From NCBI GenBank assembly GCA_945883545.1, contig CAMCXT010000011.1:2652-66651 (forward strand): DNA of 64,000 nucleotides, written 5' to 3'. This stretch comes from Chitinophaga pinensis (GTDB lineage Bacteria > Bacteroidota > Bacteroidia > M30B66). Below the pieces are notes generated by a model. That model saw only the letters and a list, made by a program, of their open reading frames with translations. It made no database searches and was not told the origin of the DNA. Below are positions 49,776 through 59,506 of this stretch, piece after piece. Both the position numbers and the translations under genes were made by a program. Numbering within the stretch: position 1 is the stretch's first letter; every line of letters starts with the position of its first letter.

Positions 49776-51448
49776 CAGAATGTTTTTCTTACTTGAATTC
49801 TTGCACCTAAACGCAACTGTAAACGATTGCTTTCAAATACTTTAACAATATCCAACGCCTGATTGAAGGTGGTGAATTCGGCAGTTATAAGTAGTGCATC
49901 GGCTTGCCCATCTACGATATTTGCCCACCGAATCCGATCTATTTCTGCATCGTTAATTCTTTGGGATGGCGTGGTTACCAAGCCAGAAGCATCTGTTAAT
50001 CCAGAAGCTAGAACAAGTCTATTTCCAGTATTGAACAATGAGTCTACTCTGGTGAGAGATACAGTTTGGCCTAAGCCATTCAAGTTTTTTCGGCAAAAGT
50101 AAATTTGAACTCGACTCTCAGTTGGGAAACCATTTAAGGTGTTGAGTCGGATCAATCCAGATTCGATGTCACTCGTGATATTGGCGAAATCAAAATCTAA
50201 GGTATCGACCAAAAGTAGTTTCAAGGTCAAGCCATTCAATGGAAGTTTCAAATCAGTTCGAATTCCAACTCTACTCGTATCGAATAAGAATCCCCATTCA
50301 GTTGGATTTACAGTGGGCGACAATGCGGCTTCGGTAACAATCGATCGAGGCAAGGCATTCACTACATTTTGAATATTGGAACCATTTGAAATATTAAGGT
50401 CAATAACCTGTGTTTCTGGCGCACTTGATAACAATCCTTGCGGAGGAAGAGTGATGGCTTGATTGTAATTTGATGCTTGAATTTGCGGAATGGAAAATCC
50501 AGGGCGAATGGCTTCGATATCGGTAATTACTATGTTCACTGGCAATCCAGTTGAATTGAATAGACTAACAGTTGCAGTTGGTGCTTCAAAATTCAATTCG
50601 AGAGCTTCAATGGCATTTCGAAAAATACCAACGAACATGGTGTCGCGCGTTGCGATAGGCATCTGTAATCCTGAGAAATAACCCGAAAGTCGCTTAAACT
50701 TCGGATCCACAATTTCCACTTCAGCTTGAAATTGGTTCGACGCTGGAATTGAGGCAGAATTGCTTCTTGTAACAGTGATGTAGAATTTTAGCTCAATATT
50801 TTCTGAACTACCAACGATAAAGGCCCCGTTTAGATTTCTACTAAGCTCGTTGGATAGGGGAGTGGTTCCAGACGAATTGAATGTTAAGTTCTGCGAAAAC
50901 ACTTGCCCATTGATGAAAAGCTGAGGGATTTCAGTACGAATGATACAGTTTTGTGGAACCTGTGATGTGATTTTTACATTGAGAATGCCTGATTTGAGGA
51001 ATGCAGTATCAAGCAAAGCTGCAGCGCTCAACTGATTGTCGAGACTATAACTGAAAGTAAATGAACTTGAATCGGTGATAGTGTTTCCTATGGTTGATAT
51101 CCCGTTGAATGCATTGGTATTGTTTGCATCTAACGATGGATTCACAGCCTCCGAGAATGCAGGAAGGGTAAGTAATTCTTCTCCCCGTTGGGTATAATTA
51201 AAGCTGGAGTAAATAATTTCAATGATGTTATTTGCACCAACACCAACGGTTACATCGCTATCCTTTTGTGTTGCGATATCTTGAATGCTTAAGTCTGAAA
51301 AAACAATCGGAAAGGCTAAATCAGGCGCCCACTCTGAATCTGAGAGTTTATTGAAATCGTCTTTCAGACAACCGCTCACAGCGAAAAGCACAAAGAGTAC
51401 CGCCGCGATTTTTGCAATGTTGTGGTTTAGGAAAATATATGGTTTCAA
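49775..51448 (-). CDS. large Ser/Thr/Asn-rich predicted surface lipoprotein of unknown function, translationally coupled to the PorP-TSP3-OmpA gene
   Basis: 557 aa. Signal + lipobox VSGC followed by LKDD (resembles Bacteroidota surface-lipoprotein export signal). Beta-rich, no known domain seen. Stop overlaps next start (TGATG). Confidence 0.6.
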   Translation of the reverse strand: MKPYIFLNHNIAKIAAVLFVLFAVSGCLKDDFNKLSDSEWAPDLAFPIVFSDLSIQDIATQKDSDVTVGVGANNIIEIIYSSFNYTQRGEELLTLPAFSEAVNPSLDANNTNAFNGISTIGNTITDSSSFTFSYSLDNQLSAAALLDTAFLKSGILNVKITSQVPQNCIIRTEIPQLFINGQVFSQNLTFNSSGTTPLSNELSRNLNGAFIVGSSENIELKFYITVTRSNSASIPASNQFQAEVEIVDPKFKRLSGYFSGLQMPIATRDTMFVGIFRNAIEALELNFEAPTATVSLFNSTGLPVNIVITDIEAIRPGFSIPQIQASNYNQAITLPPQGLLSSAPETQVIDLNISNGSNIQNVVNALPRSIVTEAALSPTVNPTEWGFLFDTSRVGIRTDLKLPLNGLTLKLLLVDTLDFDFANITSDIESGLIRLNTLNGFPTESRVQIYFCRKNLNGLGQTVSLTRVDSLFNTGNRLVLASGLTDASGLVTTPSQRINDAEIDRIRWANIVDGQADALLITAEFTTFNQALDIVKVFESNRLQLRLGARIQVRKTF

Positions 51449-51500
51449 GTTTCTGCCAGATTGGTTTTGGAAAATTAGACAAATTTTCTGGCGCAGTGTT

Positions 51501-52100
51501 TCAGATAAACAGTTGAAGTTGTTTGTTTTTCAACGTAAAGGTTTTCCTGTGATAGCAAGTTATTCCATGCGATTCGATGGCCTTTCTGTGAATTTCGGTG
51601 CCGTAACCTTTGTTTTTATCCCAACCGTAATCACCAAATTCTCCATGGAGTTTTTTCATTAATTCGTCGCGATAGGTTTTGGCCAGAACAGATGCGGCTG
51701 CTATATGAAGAAACTTCCCATCACCCTCTACAATAGTTTGGTGTTGAATTTCTTGGTAAGGCTTAAACCTATTTCCATCAATCAATAAAAATGCAGGCGA
51801 TAATTTCAACCCGCTAATAGCTCTGTGCATGGCTAGAAATGTAGCCTGAAGGATATTTATCTGGTCTATTTCTTCTGCACTCGCCTCAGCAATGCAATAC
51901 GCTAGTGCTTCTTTTCGAATAACCTCCTGAAGAATATCGCGATTTTTTTCCGTCATCTTTTTTGAGTCGTTCAACAATGGATGGGAAAAGTCTTCAGGTA
52001 GAATAACAGCCGCTGCAACTACAGGACCAGCCAAACAGCCACGACCTGCCTCGTCTACTCCAGCTTCGGGTGAACTCATTTGGAATCTAGGTAGTAACAT
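51501..52100 (-). CDS. rnhB: ribonuclease HII
   Basis: ORF 51501..52112; GVDEAGRGCLAGPVVAAAVIL active-site DEAGRG motif near N-terminus. Confidence 0.88.
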   Translation of the reverse strand: MLLPRFQMSSPEAGVDEAGRGCLAGPVVAAAVILPEDFSHPLLNDSKKMTEKNRDILQEVIRKEALAYCIAEASAEEIDQINILQATFLAMHRAISGLKLSPAFLLIDGNRFKPYQEIQHQTIVEGDGKFLHIAAASVLAKTYRDELMKKLHGEFGDYGWDKNKGYGTEIHRKAIESHGITCYHRKTFTLKNKQLQLFI

Positions 52101-52154
52101 GTGTTTCTCCATCGGCTTGGGTGGTAAATTTCAGAAATTTCTTAATATTGAGCT

Positions 52155-53978
52155 ATGGCTAAAATCTTTACCTTTTTCATTTGCATCCTTTCAGCAACTT
52201 TGCTCCAAGCTCAATGTCCAGGATGTATTGTAAATCCTGCATGTACAGCAAATCCTGCAGCCCCATCTCTTTGCCCAGAAACACTCCCTGACGCCATCCA
52301 AGGTCAGCCTTATGAAATAGATGCGACCTTCTTCATGCCTCAGCAATTTACCGATCCAGGTTCAGGATTCGATGTTACGTTGGCTTCCATCACCATCGCC
52401 ACCATCGGAGGTTTGCCCCCAGGGCTTTCGGCAACTACCAACGACGCCGACAATATTTACGAAATCACCTCCGATCCTCTAACGCAACGTGGCTGTGTTA
52501 GGATTTGCGGCATTCCAACGGCTATTGGTTTCTATACAATTTCGGTAAACGTGATAGCCTCCGTTTCTGCTCCTATAAGCACAGAAGCACCTCAAAGTTT
52601 TACTCTTCCTCTAGCAGTTGTTCCAGGTGGTTCTGGAAATGCTGGATTCTCTCTTTCTCCAAACTCGGGATGCGATTCAATCAACGTGGAATTCCAAGCG
52701 CTCATTACAAGTCCATCTCAACCAGTAACGTATCAATGGGATTTTGGAAACGGGCAAACTTCCACCGAGTTTATTCCTGAAGACCAGGTTTATCCGGTGG
52801 CCGATACGTATTATGTTTCACTCCAAACCAATCTACTCAATTATGTGGTTACAGGAGTAACTTACACATCTACAGGTGAAAATTGGTGTGGCGATTTTGA
52901 AGAGCCTTCAATTCCATTTATTGGTTGTACAGGAAGCCCCGATATTTATTATGAGCTTTCGAATGGAGGAGCCACTTTTACTGGACCGACGCAAGACAAC
53001 AACGAAAGTTATAGTCAATCAGATGCCTTTATCGCCCTTACCGAAACGGCACTGAGCATTAATTTCTTTGATGAGGATGTTATTTCTCAAAACGATGCAC
53101 TTGGAACTGCCGTAGTGCAATTTCAAGAACCAGGCGTTTACCCGTTCAATACTTCAGCTGGATTTGGAACTGTTACCATTGGAACTACAGTTGGAATTTC
53201 ATTTACGCACAACGACACTATTGTTGTGCATCCATCCCCAGCATCTCCTGCAATAACGTCTACAGCGTTATCGGTTTGTGAAGGAGATTCAATTACACTT
53301 TCGTTGCCTGAAGCCGCTTTTTACCAATGGTTACTCAATGGTGAGGCTGTACTCAGTGCAAACAACGACTCTTTGATCGTAAACGAATCTGGGTCTTGGT
53401 CGGCAGAAATCCGATCAGAAGCCGGATGTCTTGCTGTTTCTGATACGCTCATCACAGAAATCATAGAATTTCCCGAACAGCCAGTCGTTTTCGTAAATCC
53501 GGTGAATGGTTCGTTTTTCTTTAATCCGGGTTCAGGGTTTGAGTGGATTTGGTTGTTCGAAGGCGATACAATTGCCGGAACCCAAAACCTAGCAACCTTC
53601 TTCCCAACAGAAATAGGGAATTACAGCGTCGTGGTAAGCGCAAACCCTGCTTGTGCACTCTACTCCGATGAGCAATATTTTACCAATTTGAGTACCGAAG
53701 CTCTAGCTGCTTATACTTATAAAATCTACCCACAACCATTTCAAGAAGGGTATTTAATGATCGAATCCAATTGGATTGAAACTGGTGAAGTTAACATTCA
53801 AGTGCTCGATTTAACTGGTAGGCAAGTACTCGATCAAAGCACAAATGCCACAGCTGGCGTATTGAGTGTTTTTATCGACCAACAAGTACCAGGAATTTAC
53901 CTGTTGCGGATGGAGCAAGGTGGAAGAAATGGTTATCAAAGGTTGATCATTTCAGCATCTGTGCCAGGTTCAAATTGA
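52155..53978 (+). CDS. secreted hypothetical protein with T9SS type-A C-terminal sorting domain
   Basis: 607 aa; signal peptide MAKIFTFFICILSATLLQAQ; Cys-rich N-terminus; C-terminal KIYPQPFQEG...NIQVLDLTGRQV...GIYLLRMEQGG tail typical of Por_Secre_tail. Confidence 0.65.
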   Translation: MAKIFTFFICILSATLLQAQCPGCIVNPACTANPAAPSLCPETLPDAIQGQPYEIDATFFMPQQFTDPGSGFDVTLASITIATIGGLPPGLSATTNDADNIYEITSDPLTQRGCVRICGIPTAIGFYTISVNVIASVSAPISTEAPQSFTLPLAVVPGGSGNAGFSLSPNSGCDSINVEFQALITSPSQPVTYQWDFGNGQTSTEFIPEDQVYPVADTYYVSLQTNLLNYVVTGVTYTSTGENWCGDFEEPSIPFIGCTGSPDIYYELSNGGATFTGPTQDNNESYSQSDAFIALTETALSINFFDEDVISQNDALGTAVVQFQEPGVYPFNTSAGFGTVTIGTTVGISFTHNDTIVVHPSPASPAITSTALSVCEGDSITLSLPEAAFYQWLLNGEAVLSANNDSLIVNESGSWSAEIRSEAGCLAVSDTLITEIIEFPEQPVVFVNPVNGSFFFNPGSGFEWIWLFEGDTIAGTQNLATFFPTEIGNYSVVVSANPACALYSDEQYFTNLSTEALAAYTYKIYPQPFQEGYLMIESNWIETGEVNIQVLDLTGRQVLDQSTNATAGVLSVFIDQQVPGIYLLRMEQGGRNGYQRLIISASVPGSN

Positions 53979-54658
53979 TAGCCGACACTTCGAATTGAAA
54001 GAAAATACTTGGGTTCTCGTGGATTGGGCTCAAAGTATTTTCTGAAACTTAGGATGAAATTATCGATCGTTCTAGTGGAAGGGAAAATATCATATCCCCA
54101 AACCTTTTCTAGAATTTGCTTCCTCGAAACTACCTCGCCTTTTCGTTCAATGAGTAATTTCAAGAGCATCATTTCCTTTTTGGTGAGTGTGATTTGTTCT
54201 CCCTTGGCTGTTACTATTTTGTATTGACTAAACTGCACTTCGTTTCCACCGAATCGATAGGCTGCAAAATCGCTTGTGTTTCGGCGACGATCAAGACCTC
54301 GCTTGATGAGTGATTGAACCCTCAGCAACAGTTCCTCCAAATTAAAGGGTTTGGCGAGATAATCATCAGCGCCGATTTTCAATCCTAAAACCCGATCGTT
54401 GCTGGTGTTTTTCGCTGTGAGGAAAATTATCGGCACTTCATCATTCTCCAAGCGAACCGATTCGCAAATTGCAAAACCGTCTAATTCTGGAAGCATCACG
54501 TCTAGAATCAACAAGTCGAATCGCTCATTCAAGGCCCGGTTAAGTGCAGTTTTTCCGTCTTTGGCAACAACCACTTGGTAACCTTCCATCTCGAGATTGA
54601 GGCTGATCATATCCCGAAGGCTTTCTTCGTCTTCTGCAAGAAGAATTCTATAACTCAT
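53936..54658 (-). CDS. OmpR/PhoB-family response regulator (orphan; no histidine kinase adjacent)
   Basis: ORF 53936..54775, start placed at MSYRILLAEDEESLRD; receiver D (LLILDVMLPELDG); winged-helix output domain with SVGYQF. Confidence 0.85.
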   Translation of the reverse strand: MSYRILLAEDEESLRDMISLNLEMEGYQVVVAKDGKTALNRALNERFDLLILDVMLPELDGFAICESVRLENDEVPIIFLTAKNTSNDRVLGLKIGADDYLAKPFNLEELLLRVQSLIKRGLDRRRNTSDFAAYRFGGNEVQFSQYKIVTAKGEQITLTKKEMMLLKLLIERKGEVVSRKQILEKVWGYDIFPSTRTIDNFILSFRKYFEPNPREPKYFLSIRSVGYQFEPGTDAEMINL

Positions 54659-54816
54659 GTCAATCTGTTTCTCTTGTCGATGCTTGCAAAGGTATATTGA
54701 ATGCGATGTGTTCACAACTGAACCTTCAACCTCAAATCCCGTAAAGGGAAATGGGTATTTTTGCTCAAACATCAACTTACTTTCTTCGTTTTACCGCTCG
54801 CTAAGCGTATTGTCTT

Positions 54817-56613
54817 ATGAAAAATATTATCCTTCTTTTTATCGTACTATTTTCTATTCAACTTTCTGCACAACGCAATTGCGGAACGGTTCAATATCTG
54901 AAAGATAAACAAATGCAGGATCCGGGAATCGAATCAAGGATGCAATTAATGAATCAACAAATTCAGCAGATCACAAACTCTAAGGATGGAAAATCTAGCC
55001 GAAATGTAATCCGCATTCCAGTTGTAGTGCATGTAGTTTACAAACTTTCAGTTCAGAATATTTCTGATACTCAAATACAGTCTCAGATTGATGTTTTGAA
55101 TGAAGATTACAAAAGACTCAATACAGATGCATCATTAGTTCCACCACCATACGAACCTTTGGCAGCCAATTGTGAAATCGAATTTTGTTTGGCTAGCCGC
55201 GATCCCAATGGGCAATCGACCAATGGAATTACCCGTACACTAACTACAGCAAATTCCTTTACAATCAACGATGCTGTAAAAAGATCTGTTACAGGAGGAA
55301 AAGACGCTTGGCCAACAGATAAATACTTGAACATCTGGGTATGTAATCTTACGGATCCATTGTTAGGATTTGCTACACTTCCTGGAACAGTGAATGCCAG
55401 TTTGGATGGCGTAGTGATCGCTTACAAGTACTTTGGTCGCATTGGAAGTCAAGCACCTTACAACAAGGGAAGAACTGCCACGCATGAGATTGGCCATTGG
55501 TTGAATCTTCTTCATATCTGGGGCGATGATGAAGGTTCAGCAGATCCATGCGCAGGAACCGATCAAGTGAATGATACACCGAATCAGGAGGGTGAGAATT
55601 ATGGTTGCCCTACATTTCCTCAGGTATCATGTAGCAACGATGGAGATATGTCGATGAATTTCATGGACTATGTGAATGATGCTTGCATGTATATGTTTAC
55701 CAATGGTCAAGGCGAGAGGATGCGAACCACTCTGGAGAATTTCAGAAGTGGATTGCTCACATCAAGCGGATGTTTACCTGCATTGGCTCCATCCGATTGC
55801 GATACATTGAACAACATCACAGGCGGCGACGGTTTGGTGTATTATTTCATGAATGAATTATTGCCAGAAGAAACGGGCTATTTAACAGGAACGAGCAGCT
55901 TAGGCTACAAAGCATTTGCTGAAAAATATACTTCATCTGAAGAACAAATTATCAATAGCCTGAGGTTCGACTTTGCCATAGCATCTGCACAAAACGCCAA
56001 TACGTTGATTACAGCAGTTGTTTGGGATGCAAACGGCCCTAATGGCGGCCCAGGGACTTCTCTACAGGAAAGTACATTTGCACTCAGCGATGTGATCGCA
56101 AACGTTGATGGATTTACTTTCACTGATGTATATTTTCCGAATCCACCAGTGGTGAATGGAGATTATTATGTGGGCTTTGTTCTAAGTTCATCAGTTGGCG
56201 ACACCCTAGCAATTTATTGCAATCAACTCGATGAGGTGAATATCAATACGGCTTGGTGCAGAGATGCAACTGGTACATGGTACGAATACAGTGATCAAGC
56301 CTCTTTCGGGCAAGCTCTTTCGTTGGCTGTTCGCCCCATTCAGTGCATTCCAGTTGCTGTAGAAAAAATCCAACCTATGTCTTTGACGGTCTATCCAAAT
56401 CCTGCCGACAACTTGATCAACATCATTGGAGGTTCTGGTTCCAAATCTTGGATGCTCTTCACAGTTGATGGTCGCTTGGTCAATTCAGGGAACGTTTCAA
56501 ATTCCAATGAATTCCAAATTTCAACAGCTTCAATTCATTCTGGCGTTTATTTACTGAAATTGCAAGAAGCAGGAGATGTGAAAGTTGTTAGAATAGTTGT
56601 TTCGCACCCTTAA
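54817..56613 (+). CDS. M43B (pappalysin/ulilysin-family) zinc metalloprotease with T9SS type-A CTD
   Basis: 598 aa. Signal peptide. Propeptide with Cys (QRNCGT). HEIGHWLNLLHIWGDD zinc site and MNFMDY Met-turn. C-terminal LTVYPNPADNL...GVYLLKLQEAGDVKVVRI. Confidence 0.8.
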   Translation: MKNIILLFIVLFSIQLSAQRNCGTVQYLKDKQMQDPGIESRMQLMNQQIQQITNSKDGKSSRNVIRIPVVVHVVYKLSVQNISDTQIQSQIDVLNEDYKRLNTDASLVPPPYEPLAANCEIEFCLASRDPNGQSTNGITRTLTTANSFTINDAVKRSVTGGKDAWPTDKYLNIWVCNLTDPLLGFATLPGTVNASLDGVVIAYKYFGRIGSQAPYNKGRTATHEIGHWLNLLHIWGDDEGSADPCAGTDQVNDTPNQEGENYGCPTFPQVSCSNDGDMSMNFMDYVNDACMYMFTNGQGERMRTTLENFRSGLLTSSGCLPALAPSDCDTLNNITGGDGLVYYFMNELLPEETGYLTGTSSLGYKAFAEKYTSSEEQIINSLRFDFAIASAQNANTLITAVVWDANGPNGGPGTSLQESTFALSDVIANVDGFTFTDVYFPNPPVVNGDYYVGFVLSSSVGDTLAIYCNQLDEVNINTAWCRDATGTWYEYSDQASFGQALSLAVRPIQCIPVAVEKIQPMSLTVYPNPADNLINIIGGSGSKSWMLFTVDGRLVNSGNVSNSNEFQISTASIHSGVYLLKLQEAGDVKVVRIVVSHP

Positions 56614-56672
56614 ATTATCCTAGAATCAGAACCCAAAGGTGATTTGCTTGTTGTACTTTTGCAGGTACCAAC

Positions 56673-57833
56673 ATGGATATATTATCACTTCTCGCTAAGA
56701 CTGGCGCATCAACGGCGTTGCTCGACATCGCCAACAAAGCACTATCAGGAAAACGAATCAACACCAACGAAGGAGAACTTTTGTTTGCACAAGGTTCTTT
56801 GGGTTTTTTAGGGTTGATTGCCGATTCTATCAGAACTGAAAAGCATGGTCAATATGTATATTTCAACAGAAACTTCCATATTGAACCAACCAACATTTGC
56901 GTATTCGATTGCAAATTTTGCTCATACTCGAGATTGCTAAAGCATCGTCAAGATGGTTGGGAATTGAACGAAGAGGAAATTCTCAATATCGTTAGATCTT
57001 ATATTGGCAAGCCTGTTACTGAAGTTCACATTGTTGGTGGAGTTCACCCAAAAATGGGTCTGATGTATTTCGCCAATCTGATCAAAAAGGTAAAGGAAAT
57101 ATTGCCTGAGATCCATGTGAAGGCATTCACTGCTGTGGAGTTGGAATATATGTGTCGCAAGGCTGGGGTTGATTTTGCGGAGGGCTTGAAAATCCTGAAA
57201 GACCATGGTCAGAATTCGCTTCCCGGCGGAGGTGCAGAAATTTTCGACGAAGCTATCCGAGCTGAAATTTGCGGCGATAAGTGTACCTCAGAGCAATGGC
57301 TCGAAATTCATCGAACTGCCCACAATTTAGGAATGCCTTCGAATGCAACGATGCTTTATGGGCATGTCGAAACTTATGCGCATAGAATCGATCACATGAA
57401 TCGTTTGCGAAACCTACAAGACGAGACAGGTGGATTCAATACTTTCATACCACTTAAGTTCCGTAACCAAGGAAATCAAATGAGCCATATAGGTGAGGTT
57501 TCGGTTATCGAAGACTTGAAAAACTATGCAGTTTCAAGAATCTTCATGGACAATTTCCCGCATTTAAAAGCCTACTGGCCGATGATTGGTCGTTCTGTTG
57601 CCCAATTGTCTTTAGCATATGGAGTGAACGACATCGACGGAACCATCGACGATACCACCAAAATCTACACAATGGCTGGATCGGAAGAACAAAGTCCTTC
57701 TTTAAGTACAGCCCAATTGGTGGATCTGATCAATCAAGCCGGAAAAATTCCTGTAGAAAGAGATACTTTGTATAATTTTATCCGCAACTACAAGGATCAA
57801 CCTTTAGCTCCTGATGTTGAATTAATTTCTTGA
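56673..57833 (+). CDS. radical SAM menaquinone (futalosine-pathway) enzyme, MqnC/MqnE family
   Basis: 386 aa; [10 protein letters not shown] radical SAM cluster motif; [29 protein letters not shown]-terminal region typical of MqnC/MqnE/CofH family. Confidence 0.75.
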   Translation: MDILSLLAKTGASTALLDIANKALSGKRINTNEGELLFAQGSLGFLGLIADSIRTEKHGQYVYFNRNFHIEPTNICVFDCKFCSYSRLLKHRQDGWELNEEEILNIVRSYIGKPVTEVHIVGGVHPKMGLMYFANLIKKVKEILPEIHVKAFTAVELEYMCRKAGVDFAEGLKILKDHGQNSLPGGGAEIFDEAIRAEICGDKCTSEQWLEIHRTAHNLGMPSNATMLYGHVETYAHRIDHMNRLRNLQDETGGFNTFIPLKFRNQGNQMSHIGEVSVIEDLKNYAVSRIFMDNFPHLKAYWPMIGRSVAQLSLAYGVNDIDGTIDDTTKIYTMAGSEEQSPSLSTAQLVDLINQAGKIPVERDTLYNFIRNYKDQPLAPDVELIS

Positions 57834-58345
57834 TGCACGATATGTTTAAATCTGAAGCAGCCGGTAAAGTTTTTGAAATCGAGTTTGAAAAGCAATTTTC
57901 TAATGGGAGGGTTAACCAGCAAGAATTTGCTTGGGATATTTTAAAAACGGGCCCTTCGAGTTACAACATTATCAAGAACAACAAATCGTTCAATGTGATT
58001 GTCGAATCCTTTGATCCTGAAACCAACCTCTTTCAACTAAGAGTGAATGGGCAATTGATTACTGTAAAAACGCTTGATCGGATGCAGATCCTATTGCAAT
58101 CGATGGGATTGGATACAACTTCTAACCGCAAGCTCAATGAAATCAAAGCTCCTATGCCAGGCTTGGTTGTACGCATCACGGTTGAAGAAGGCGCTGAAGT
58201 TAAAAAAGGCGATAGCTTGCTGGTACTCGAAGCCATGAAAATGGAAAACGTGATCAAGGCGCCAGGCGATGCAGTAGTAGGTAAAATCAAAGTGAACGCT
58301 GGTCAGGCAGTTGAAAAGAATCAATTGCTGATCTCATTCAATTAA
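57830..58345 (+). CDS. biotin/lipoyl-attachment domain protein (biotin carboxyl carrier-like)
   Basis: 171 aa; C-terminal about 70-aa biotinyl domain with LEAMKMEN attachment motif; 4-nt overlap (ATGA) with upstream gene. Confidence 0.7.
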   Translation: MMHDMFKSEAAGKVFEIEFEKQFSNGRVNQQEFAWDILKTGPSSYNIIKNNKSFNVIVESFDPETNLFQLRVNGQLITVKTLDRMQILLQSMGLDTTSNRKLNEIKAPMPGLVVRITVEEGAEVKKGDSLLVLEAMKMENVIKAPGDAVVGKIKVNAGQAVEKNQLLISFN

Positions 58346-58348
58346 TGA

Positions 58349-59368
58349 TTATTTCCCGATTGAGAATTGCTTCAGAAATCTGAGGTCGTTTTGTGAGAAA
58401 AAGCGCAAATCCTTCACTTGATACTTTAGGATAGCGATACGTTCGATTCCCATTCCGAGTGCGAATCCCGTGAACTTTTCAGGGTCTATATTGCAATTCT
58501 TTAAAACATTTGGATGCACCATTCCACATCCTAAAATTTCTACCCATCCAGAGTATTTGCAAATATTGCAACCCTTGCCACTGCAAACAGTGCAAGAAAT
58601 ATCCATTTCTGCTGATGGTTCGGTGAAAGGGAAATAAGATGGACGCAGACGGATTTTCGTTTCTGTTCCAAACATTTCACGGGCAAAATGCAGCAAGGTT
58701 TGCTTCAAGTCGGCAAAAGATACATTTTCATCGATATAAAGAGCTTCCACTTGGTGAAAGAAGCAATGCGCACGTGCCGAGACCGCTTCGTTTCTATACA
58801 CACGACCTGGCATAATCATTCGAAACGGTGGTTTGTTTCGTTCCATCATCCGAATTTGCACCGATGATGTATGTGTTCTGAGTGCCATTTCAGGCGCTTG
58901 GTCGATGAAAAAAGTATCCTGCATATCGCGTGCGGGATGTTCTTCAGGAAAATTTAGTGCACTGAAGTTATGCCAATCGTCTTCAATTTCAGGGCCTTCT
59001 GCAACTGTAAAGCCTAAACGGTTAAACACTTCACGAATTTCATCCGCAACAATCGACAAAGGATGTCTATTGCCTGATGGAAAAGGAATGCCTGGTGCAC
59101 TAAAATCAATCGCTTCTCCTTGTGCAACTTGATTCTCGCTAAGCTCTTTGGCTTCTTTCCAAATTGCTTCAGCGCGTTGCTTAAGGATATTGAGTAACCG
59201 TCCAATTTCTTTACGATCTTCAGGTTGAACATCCTTGAAACGATCAAACAGCGCAGGGATAATTCCTTTCTTACTCAAATAATTTTGTCGAAATTTCTCA
59301 GCGCTCTCAGCGTCTTTCGGTTTAATGTTCTCAATTTCTGCGGCAATGCCTGCAATTTCTTCCTGAAG
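58349..59368 (-). CDS. pheS: phenylalanine--tRNA ligase alpha subunit
   Basis: ORF 58349..59392; class II motifs (FRPSYFPFTEPS, GMGIERIAIL). Confidence 0.9.
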   Translation of the reverse strand, partial: LQEEIAGIAAEIENIKPKDAESAEKFRQNYLSKKGIIPALFDRFKDVQPEDRKEIGRLLNILKQRAEAIWKEAKELSENQVAQGEAIDFSAPGIPFPSGNRHPLSIVADEIREVFNRLGFTVAEGPEIEDDWHNFSALNFPEEHPARDMQDTFFIDQAPEMALRTHTSSVQIRMMERNKPPFRMIMPGRVYRNEAVSARAHCFFHQVEALYIDENVSFADLKQTLLHFAREMFGTETKIRLRPSYFPFTEPSAEMDISCTVCSGKGCNICKYSGWVEILGCGMVHPNVLKNCNIDPEKFTGFALGMGIERIAILKYQVKDLRFFSQNDLRFLKQFSIGK

Positions 59369-59506
59369 CATACTAATTGTTAGGGAGCGCAAATATAAAT
59401 AAATTGAAAAGGACCAAGTGATTGAAACATCAGATGTTATTCTCCGTTAAGAAATGAAAGAGCAATCAAAATATTTGTACTTTTGAAAACTTACAGACTT
59501 AATCAG

